From NCBI GenBank assembly GCA_963735025.1, contig CAVTJG010000009.1, forward strand, positions 202,225-266,224: DNA of 64,000 nt, given 5' to 3'. The first letter of the stretch is position 1. Every line of letters starts with the position of its first letter. The notes under the pieces are model-generated. The model saw only the letters and a program-made list of their open reading frames with translations. It was not told where the DNA came from and did not search any database. Shown here one piece after another: positions 57,434 to 64,000 of the stretch. The translations under genes and the position numbers were made by a program. The stretch comes from an uncultured beta proteobacterium. Its GTDB lineage: Bacteria > Pseudomonadota > Gammaproteobacteria > Burkholderiales > SG8-39.

Positions 57434-58840
57434 ATGAAGCCGCTCTTCTCGACCGACCTCTCGGTGCTGAACGTGGGTCTTGCGTCGTTCGCCGACGCGA
57501 TCGTCCACACAGGAGGGCGCGCAACGCAGATCGCGTGGATGCCGCCAGCGAACGGCGATGCGACGGCCGGCGCGGCACTGGCGCGCCTCGTCAATGCGCC
57601 CGCCATCGAGGCCGCCAACAACCAGGCGTGCGATGCCTACCTCACCGCGCAGCCCATGCTCGCCGGAGTCGGCGTGGCGCGCGAAGTGATTCCCGGCATG
57701 TCCGGGCTCACGATCCTGCACGCCGGGCCGCCGATCGCCTGGTCGAGGATGTGCGGACCGATGCGCGGCGCCGTGGTCGGCGCCATTCTCTACGAGGGCT
57801 GGGCGGACGACGCGGATCGGGCGGGCGCGATGGCCGCGAGCGGCGACATCGCCTTTGCGCCGTGTCACCACCATGCTGCCGTCGGTCCCATGTCCGGGGT
57901 CATCAGCCCGTCAATGCCGGTATGGATTGTCCGGAACGCTACGCACGGCAATGCGGCATTCTGCAATTTGAACGAAGGCCTCGGGAAGGTGCTCCGCTTC
58001 GGCGCGAACAGCGCGGAGGTGATTGCCCGGCTCAAGTGGATGGAAACTGTGCTCGGTCCGGCGCTGCGCGCGGCGCTGGAGGTGCTCGGCGAGACCCCGG
58101 TGAAGCCGCTCATGGCGCAAGCGCTGCACATGGGCGACGAGGTGCACAACCGCAACGTGGCCGCGTCGTCGCTCTTCGTGAAGCGTCTCGCGCCAGTGCT
58201 GCTAAAGACGCGCACCGCGCCCGCCGATATCGCCGCGGTGATCGACTTCATTGCCGGAAACGACCACTTCTTCCTGAACATTTCGATGGCAAGCTGCAAG
58301 GCGATGCTCGATGCGGCACACGGTGTTGCGAACTCGAGCGTGGTGACGGCTATGGCCCGCAACGGCGTGGAGTTCGGAATTCGCGTGAGCGGCCTCGGCG
58401 ACCGCTGGTTCACGACGCCCGCGCCGGTGGTGGACGGGCTCTACTTTCCCGGCTACACGATTGCGGATGCAGCGCCGGATCTCGGTGACAGCGCGATCAC
58501 CGAGACGGCGGGCGTCGGCGGCTTCGCGATGGCGGCGGCCCCGGCGATCGTGAAATTCGTCGGCGGCACCCCGCAGGACGCGGCCGCCAACACGCTCGCC
58601 ATGGGACACATCACGCTTCGGAAGAACGACGCCTTCACGCTGCCGACGCTCGATTTCGCGGGCACTCCGGCTTGCATCGACATCCGTCGCGTCGTCGACA
58701 CGGGTATTCTGCCGGTCATCAATACAGGAATCGCACATCGCGATCCCGGGGTCGGGCAGATCGGCGCCGGCGTGACACACGCGCCGCTGGTCTGCTTCAC
58801 CGAGGCGATCGCGGCACTCGCCGCGAGCGCGTCCCCTTGA
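57434..58840 (+). CDS. DUF1116 (YlbE-like) protein
   Basis: MKPLFSTDLSVLNVGLASFADAI...ILHAGPPI...HHHAAVGPMSGVISPSMPVW...NEGLGKVLRFG. The position directly after fdrA matches the E. coli fdrA-ylbE arrangement. Confidence 0.75.
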   Translation: MKPLFSTDLSVLNVGLASFADAIVHTGGRATQIAWMPPANGDATAGAALARLVNAPAIEAANNQACDAYLTAQPMLAGVGVAREVIPGMSGLTILHAGPPIAWSRMCGPMRGAVVGAILYEGWADDADRAGAMAASGDIAFAPCHHHAAVGPMSGVISPSMPVWIVRNATHGNAAFCNLNEGLGKVLRFGANSAEVIARLKWMETVLGPALRAALEVLGETPVKPLMAQALHMGDEVHNRNVAASSLFVKRLAPVLLKTRTAPADIAAVIDFIAGNDHFFLNISMASCKAMLDAAHGVANSSVVTAMARNGVEFGIRVSGLGDRWFTTPAPVVDGLYFPGYTIADAAPDLGDSAITETAGVGGFAMAAAPAIVKFVGGTPQDAAANTLAMGHITLRKNDAFTLPTLDFAGTPACIDIRRVVDTGILPVINTGIAHRDPGVGQIGAGVTHAPLVCFTEAIAALAASASP

Positions 58841-58856
58841 GCAGGAGCCGCTGGCG

Positions 58857-59807
58857 ATGACTTCGGGCGGGCTGGCAGTCGTGGCAATCGGGGGCAATGC
58901 GCTGATCCGCGATCGGCGGCACGAATCGATCCTCGATCAGTATGAAATGGTGCAACGGCTGGCCGCGGACATCGTGGGGATGATCGAGGCCGGCTGGAAC
59001 GTGGTCGTGACGCACGGCAATGGCCCACAGGTCGGCTACATCCTGCGGCGCTCGGAGCTCTCGATCTCCGAGGTGCCGCCCGTGCCGATGGACTACGCCG
59101 GGGCCGACATCCAGGGCGCGGTCGGGTACATGTTCGTGAAAGCGCTCGCCAACGAATTTCGCCGGCGCGGACTTGACCGGCGGGCCGTGGCGATCGTCAC
59201 CCAGACGGTGGTCGATCGAAAAGATCCCGCGTTTGCCGCGCCCACCAAGCCGATCGGCTCGCACATGGAGGAGGAGCGTGCGAAGCAGCTCGCCACGCAG
59301 TACGGGTGGACCGTGCGCGAGGATGCGGGGCGTGGCTGGCGGCGCGTGGTGCCCTCGCCGCGGCCCCAGCGGATCGTGGAAACCGAGATCATCCGGGAGC
59401 TCGCGCGCGCGGGGCGGATCGTCGTGGCGTGCGGCGGCGGCGGCATTCCCGTGATCGAGGACGAACACGGCGACCTTTGCGGCGTCGAGGCGGTGATCGA
59501 CAAGGATTTCGCCTCGAGCCTGCTTGCCCGCGCGCTCGGCGCCGACTCGCTCATCCTGCCGACCGGCGTGGAAAAGGTGGCGCTCGACTTCAACAAGCCC
59601 ACGCAGCGCTGGGTCGACCGGATGACGATCGCGGAGGCGAAGCGTCACAGCGCCGACGACCAGTTCGACGCGGGCAGCATGGGCCCGAAGGTATCGGCGC
59701 TGATCGACTTCGTGAGTGGCGGCGGCAAGTTCGGATTGATCACCGATCCGCCGAACGTCGCGCGGGCGCTGCGCGGCGAGGCCGGCACCCGCATCGTGCC
59801 CGACTGA
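58857..59807 (+). CDS. arcC: Carbamate kinase
   Basis: LAVVAIGGNAL...NVVVTHGNGPQVG...VVACGGGGIPV...AVIDKDFASSLLA. 316 aa. Confidence 0.9.
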   Translation: MTSGGLAVVAIGGNALIRDRRHESILDQYEMVQRLAADIVGMIEAGWNVVVTHGNGPQVGYILRRSELSISEVPPVPMDYAGADIQGAVGYMFVKALANEFRRRGLDRRAVAIVTQTVVDRKDPAFAAPTKPIGSHMEEERAKQLATQYGWTVREDAGRGWRRVVPSPRPQRIVETEIIRELARAGRIVVACGGGGIPVIEDEHGDLCGVEAVIDKDFASSLLARALGADSLILPTGVEKVALDFNKPTQRWVDRMTIAEAKRHSADDQFDAGSMGPKVSALIDFVSGGGKFGLITDPPNVARALRGEAGTRIVPD

Positions 59808-59829
59808 CACCCGACAGACCGATCCCCAA

Positions 59830-59835
59830 TAGAAT
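59830..59835 (+). promoter_or_regulatory. TAGAAT -10-like box 6 nt upstream of the GntR ATG (59842)
   Basis: CCCCAATAGAATGCGGGGATG. There is no SD between the box and the ATG. This is the third instance of the TAGAATG-N5/6-ATG layout. Confidence 0.3.
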
Positions 59836-59841
59836 GCGGGG

Positions 59842-60564
59842 ATGAAAAAGCCCCGCAGCAACCTGTCGGACACGGTTTACCGACAGCTCAAGGACGACAT
59901 CTTCGATTTCGCCTTGCTGCCGGGAGAGCGGTTCAGCGAGAACGAGATCGCCGGCCGGCTCGGCGTATCGCGCACGCCGGTGCGCGAAGCACTCTACAAG
60001 CTGCAGCGCGAGGGCTACATCGACGTTGCGCCGCGCTCCGGTTGGAACGTGCGGCCGTTCGACTTCGCGGTCTTCGAGGATCTGTACGACCTGCGGACCG
60101 TTCTCGAGCTGGCGGCGGCCAAGCGGGTTTGCATGGCCGAAAAGGTACCGGAGCTGGAGACGCTGAGGCGCGTGTGGCTGGTCCCGGCGGCGAAGCGCCT
60201 GACCGATCCCTGGAAGGTCGCGCAGCTCGACGAGCGATTTCACACGACGCTCGTCGATGCCGCGGGAAACCGGGAGATGGCGCATGTGCATCACGACATC
60301 ACCGAGCGCATCCGCATCATCCGCCGGCTCGATTTCACCGAGCGTGAGCGGATCCGGCACACCTACGAGGAGCATGCCGCGATCGTGAAAGCGCTCGTCG
60401 CACGGAGCTATCGCGAAGCCAAGCTGCTCCTCACGGCGCACATCGCCTCGAGCAAGGCGGAGGTGCGCCGGATCACGCTGCACAAGCTGCACGCGTTGCG
60501 CGTGCCGCTGCGCAGGTCGGTGCACACCGCGCGCCGTCGCGCCGGTCGAAAAGCAGTACCATGA
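59842..60564 (+). CDS. GntR family transcriptional regulator (FadR/FCD-type C-terminal domain)
   Basis: VYRQLKDDIFDFALLPGERFSENEIAGRLGVSRTPVREALYKLQREGYI (winged HTH), then a helical FCD-like domain. Confidence 0.85.
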   Translation: MKKPRSNLSDTVYRQLKDDIFDFALLPGERFSENEIAGRLGVSRTPVREALYKLQREGYIDVAPRSGWNVRPFDFAVFEDLYDLRTVLELAAAKRVCMAEKVPELETLRRVWLVPAAKRLTDPWKVAQLDERFHTTLVDAAGNREMAHVHHDITERIRIIRRLDFTERERIRHTYEEHAAIVKALVARSYREAKLLLTAHIASSKAEVRRITLHKLHALRVPLRRSVHTARRRAGRKAVP

Positions 60565-60595
60565 GACCCGTATTACCCCAACAAAGGAGGAGGCC

Positions 60596-61615
60596 ATGAG
60601 GATCACGACTCTCGTTGTCGTTCGCTGTCTGGTCGCCGCGGCGCTCGCAGCACCGCTTTCGGCATTCCCGCAGTCGGACGACCTTCGCAAGCCGCTCCCT
60701 GCACCGGTCAAGGTCAAGCAGGGCATGCTCAACGTACCGGCTCTGTCGCCGCTGTGGCTGCTGCCCGAGGAGGCGGCGAAATACAACATCCAGATCGAGA
60801 TGGTGATGTTCCAGCGCTTCGCCGACGCGCGCACGGCGCTGGTCTCCGGCGACATTCAGATCACCGCGTTCGGACCGCAGGACATCTCGTTTGCCGTGGG
60901 ACAGGGCGCGAAGACCGCGATCGGCGTCGCGGGCGTCGGCTCGGGCAACGACTGCCTGGTGGTGCGCAAGGGCGACGACATCAAGGACTGGAATACACTC
61001 CCCGGGAAACGCATTGGCGTCGGTGCGGGCTCGATCTCGTGGCTGAAATTCGCAGCCTCGGTCAAGGAGCACGGGTTGAATTACAGCAACCTCAAGATAG
61101 TGAACATCGTCGGCGGCGGCGCGAACTACCTGAAGGCGTTGCGCGGCAACGAGATCGACGTGGCGGTGGTGTGGCAGCCGTCCTGCGCGCAGGCGATCGT
61201 CGAGGGCTGGGGCGCCTATCCGACAATCGATCACAATCGCTCGAAGACCGTCGGTGGGCTCATCTCGGTGCTCGCGGTGAACCGCGACTTCATGGACAAG
61301 AACCCTGACGCCGTGCAGCGCCTGGTGGTCTCATATGTCGACGCGCTGAAGATCGCGACCGCCGATACCAAGCGCTGGGCGCAGATCTACGCGGAGAAGG
61401 CCGGCCTTCCCCTGCCCGTCGCCGAGGAGTCGATTCGCATCACGAAGCTGGATCCGACGCTGCCGCTCGAGTCGATCAAGCGCATCTCGAAGTTCCTGTC
61501 CGACAACGGCGTGATCGTCCGCGACGTCTCGGGCGAGATCGGGCAGTATTACACCTACGATTTCCTGTCGAAGGCGACCGGAAAATCGCCGGAGCAGCTC
61601 GGCATCAAGCAATAG
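60596..61615 (+). CDS. NitT/TauT-family ABC transporter substrate-binding protein (NMT1-like)
   Basis: Signal peptide MRITTLVVVRCLVAAALAAPLSAF. SD AAAGGAGGAGG. It is followed by the cognate permease and ATPase genes. Confidence 0.8.
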   Translation: MRITTLVVVRCLVAAALAAPLSAFPQSDDLRKPLPAPVKVKQGMLNVPALSPLWLLPEEAAKYNIQIEMVMFQRFADARTALVSGDIQITAFGPQDISFAVGQGAKTAIGVAGVGSGNDCLVVRKGDDIKDWNTLPGKRIGVGAGSISWLKFAASVKEHGLNYSNLKIVNIVGGGANYLKALRGNEIDVAVVWQPSCAQAIVEGWGAYPTIDHNRSKTVGGLISVLAVNRDFMDKNPDAVQRLVVSYVDALKIATADTKRWAQIYAEKAGLPLPVAEESIRITKLDPTLPLESIKRISKFLSDNGVIVRDVSGEIGQYYTYDFLSKATGKSPEQLGIKQ

Positions 61616-61637
61616 ACAGCAAAGCATCGGAGGTCCC

Positions 61638-62435
61638 GTGCCCAAGGTGCTGCGCGCGCCGTGGTTCCTGCTGCTTCCCCTGGCGTTTCTCGCGCTCTGG
61701 CATTTCGCCGTCGCCGAGCGCTGGGTGGTCGAGGGGATCATCCCGGCACCGGCGCAGGTGGTCGACTCCTGGTACATCTGGATCTTCGGCAGCGAACAGG
61801 CTTCGCTCTCGCCGTACTCGGGAACGTGGCTCGCCAACGCCACGTACTCGATGCGGCGGGTCCTGCAGGGCTTCGGCCTCGCGGCGGCGGTGGCAATTCC
61901 GCTCGGTTTGATGATCGGATGGAATCGGCTGGTCGCGCGCATCGTCGATCCGTCGATACAGCTCTTTCGGCCGGTGCCGATCACAGCGTGGCTACCGTTC
62001 GCGATCGCGGTATTCGGCATCTATGACGCGAGCGCGCTGTTCCTGATCGGCCTTGGCGCCTTCTATCCGGTCGTGGTGAACACGACCCACGGCGTGCGCG
62101 ACACGAATCTCCTCTTGCTCCGCGCGGCGCGCATGATGGGGGCACGGCCCGCGACCGTGCTCGGCAAGGTCGTGTTTCCTTCCGCACTGCCTTCGATCTT
62201 CACCGGCTTGCGGCTGGGCATCGGAGTGGCCTGGACCGCGGTGATCGTCGCCGAGATGATCGCCGTCAAATCGGGGCTGGGTTACGTGCTCTGGGACGCG
62301 TACTACGTCGGGCGCATGGACATCTGCGTCGCGACCATGTTCTCGGTCGGGCTCCTCGGCTATCTCTCGGATCGCGTCATCGTCGCTGCGTCCCATTTCC
62401 TCCTGCGCTGGCGCACGCTGGAGGCGCACGAGTGA
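61638..62435 (+). CDS. NitT/TauT-family ABC transporter permease
   Basis: GTG start. ...PVPITAWLPFAIAVFG...ARMMGARPATVLGKVVFPSALPSIFTGLRLGIGVAWTAVIVAEM (EAA-like loop). Confidence 0.85.
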   Translation: MPKVLRAPWFLLLPLAFLALWHFAVAERWVVEGIIPAPAQVVDSWYIWIFGSEQASLSPYSGTWLANATYSMRRVLQGFGLAAAVAIPLGLMIGWNRLVARIVDPSIQLFRPVPITAWLPFAIAVFGIYDASALFLIGLGAFYPVVVNTTHGVRDTNLLLLRAARMMGARPATVLGKVVFPSALPSIFTGLRLGIGVAWTAVIVAEMIAVKSGLGYVLWDAYYVGRMDICVATMFSVGLLGYLSDRVIVAASHFLLRWRTLEAHE

Positions 62436-63238
62436 GCGCACCGGCCGCGATCGCGCTCGAGCAGGTGCGCAAGGAGTTCGTCAAGGGCGAACGGCGCGTG
62501 CTCGCGGTTGACGATGTCGATCTCACGGTCGCCGACCGCGAGTTCACCGCGATACTCGGCCCTTCGGGTTGCGGCAAGTCGACGCTGCTAAATCTGGTCG
62601 CCGGATTCGATCGCCCGACAAGCGGCCGAGTGCTCGCGGGCGGCGAAGTGGTCAGCGAACCGTCGCCCACGCGCGGCGTCGTCTTCCAGGAGCCAGCGCT
62701 CTTTCCCTGGCTCAGCGTGTTCGAAAACGTGGTGTTCGGCCCGAAGACCCAGGGGCAACCTGCCGCCGATTACCGGCCGCGCGCCGCGCAGTTCATCGAG
62801 CAGGTCGGGTTAAACGGGTTCGAGTCCCACTATCCTGCCGAGCTCTCTGGCGGCATGCGGCAGCGGGTCGGCATCGCGCGGGTCCTCATGCTGCAGCCAC
62901 AGATCATGCTGATGGACGAGCCGTTCGGCAGCCTGGACGCGCAGACGCGAACGCTGATGCAGGAACTCCTGCTCGAGGTCTGGGAGCGGCACCATCAGAC
63001 AGTGCTTTTCATCACCCATGACATCGAAGAAGCGTTGCTCCTCGCCGACCGCGTGTGCGTAATGACCGCACGGCCGGGCCGCATCAAGAAGACGATCCAG
63101 GTCGATATCCCTCGGCCGCGCTCGATCGAGGTCACCACGTCGCCGGAGTTCAACCGGTTGCGGGCCGACGTGTTCGCGCTCATCCGCGATGAGAGCCATC
63201 GCGCGGCGGCAGAGAGCTCGCGCGCGACGGCCGGCTAG
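62432..63238 (+). CDS. NitT/TauT-family ABC transporter ATP-binding protein
   Basis: Walker A ILGPSGCGKSTLLN, signature LSGGMRQRVGIARVL, Walker B IMLMDEPFGSLD. The GTG start overlaps the permease stop (GTGA). Confidence 0.9.
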   Translation: MSAPAAIALEQVRKEFVKGERRVLAVDDVDLTVADREFTAILGPSGCGKSTLLNLVAGFDRPTSGRVLAGGEVVSEPSPTRGVVFQEPALFPWLSVFENVVFGPKTQGQPAADYRPRAAQFIEQVGLNGFESHYPAELSGGMRQRVGIARVLMLQPQIMLMDEPFGSLDAQTRTLMQELLLEVWERHHQTVLFITHDIEEALLLADRVCVMTARPGRIKKTIQVDIPRPRSIEVTTSPEFNRLRADVFALIRDESHRAAAESSRATAG

Positions 63239-63251
63239 TTCGACCCCCTGC

Positions 63252-64000
63252 TCAGGCCGCGGGCGACTGCGCCACGAACCAGTCGGCGACCTGGCTGCCG
63301 GTCATGAAGCAGACGTCCTTGCGCGCCAGCAGGAAATCGATCATGCGCTCCATGTCTCCCCACCGATGCGGAACCCCCATCAGGTGCGGATGCAGGCCGA
63401 TCGGCAGGATGCGCGTCTGGTGCTCGGCCTCGCGCGCGAAACACTCGACGGTACGCACGAGCCGCTTGTACATCTCGTCGGTCGACTGCTGCTGCACGGC
63501 GTAGATCAGGCTGTCGTTCACCTCGAGGTTGTACGGCATGGCGATGATCGGTCCGTGCTTGGTCCTGAACCACACCGGCACGTCCTCGATCACCCAGTCG
63601 TGGCAGTACTCGATGCCGCAGGACTTCAGAACGTCTAGCGTGTCCCACGTCTGGCGCAGTCCCGGGGAGAGCCAACCGCGCGGCCGCTTGCCGGTGAAGC
63701 GCTCGATCTTGTCGAGCGACGCCTCGATGATCTCGCGCTCGTTCGGCGCGGCAGTCAACGTCTTCTGGTGCATTCCGTGCCCGACGAATTCCCACCCGGC
63801 CTCGAGCATCGCCTGCGCCGCTTCCGGATAGGCGTCGATCACGCCCGCATTGAAGCTCGTCGCGACCGGCAGGCGGCGCTCGGTGAACAACGCGAGCATG
63901 CGCGGCAGTCCGCAGCGCATCCCGTAGTCCGCCCAGCTGAAGTTCGGCACGTCGGGAATCGTTTCCTTGCCGTGCGGCGGAGTGATCAGCGTGCGCGGCA
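63252..64000 (-). CDS. Polysaccharide deacetylase family protein (PuuE-like paralogue), 5' end beyond the window
   Basis: ...PNFSWADYGMRCGLPRMLALFTERRLPVATSFNAGVIDAYPEA...FVGHGMHQ...IGLHPHLMGVPHR. The frame stays open to position 64000 (upstream residues ...LITPPHGKETIPDV). Confidence 0.8.
   Translation of the reverse strand, partial: PRTLITPPHGKETIPDVPNFSWADYGMRCGLPRMLALFTERRLPVATSFNAGVIDAYPEAAQAMLEAGWEFVGHGMHQKTLTAAPNEREIIEASLDKIERFTGKRPRGWLSPGLRQTWDTLDVLKSCGIEYCHDWVIEDVPVWFRTKHGPIIAMPYNLEVNDSLIYAVQQQSTDEMYKRLVRTVECFAREAEHQTRILPIGLHPHLMGVPHRWGDMERMIDFLLARKDVCFMTGSQVADWFVAQSPAA

Overview
High-GC (by eye about two-thirds G+C) proteobacterial-type chromosomal segment, densely coding on both strands. 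I count about 55 protein genes or gene remnants, and no rRNA, tRNA or CRISPR array that I can recognise.

**Backbone (catabolism and transport)**
- 1-11.4 kb: partial Lhr-type helicase, cupin thiol-dioxygenase-like gene plus multi-rhodanese gene, D-aminoacylase, dienelactone hydrolase, RraA-like protein, maleylacetate reductase, FMN hydroxy-acid dehydrogenase, DoxX, SDR.
- 11.4-16.1 kb: Liv-type ABC importer in which LivM, LivG and LivF form one 834-aa ORF.
- 16.4-18 kb: flavin reductase and a polysaccharide-deacetylase-family gene.
- 18.5-21.5 kb: lower-GC argininosuccinate-lyase-like gene, an MFS transporter and an ABC-ATPase remnant.
- 21.7-24.3 kb: two hydrolases.
- 42.5-49.1 kb: GMC oxidoreductase, TauE, AEC transporter, FAD oxidase.
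- 49.1-52.4 kb: hybrid sensor kinase and a LuxR-type response regulator.
- 52.5-64 kb: nitrogen-compound locus with an NCS2 permease, allophanate hydrolase, FdrA, DUF1116, carbamate kinase, GntR regulator, NitT/TauT-type ABC importer and a second deacetylase.

**Most unusual content**
1. An orphan single-pass membrane TIR-domain protein with an extracytoplasmic 4-Cys domain (25904-26974). It sits next to a GG-terminated MoaD/ThiS-like gene paired with a BNR beta-propeller gene.
2. A ~10.5 kb signalling block lies between aapJ and aapQM of a general amino-acid ABC operon that has no ATPase gene. The block carries a ~2300-codon kinase with an IS3-OrfA-like HTH N-terminus, ten tandem GAF modules (~520-bp DNA period), HisKA/HATPase and two REC domains. 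It continues with a single REC gene and a HisKA-only/REC/class III cyclase gene.
3. That block carries at least ~30 +/-1 reading-frame switches, clustered in three zones, while the peptide fragments stay well conserved. This is either a localized consensus-quality problem or very unusual decay.
4. Further items: a ~75-bp composite REP-like palindrome family, a ~280-bp direct repeat of the rhodanese gene 3' end flanking a mosaic of gene fragments, and three genes with a TAGAAT box 6-7 nt upstream of their ATG (leaderless-type layout).

**Caveats**
- Many long ORFs in the supplied track are antisense shadows typical of high-GC DNA.
- All family assignments come from motif recognition by eye, not from database searches.
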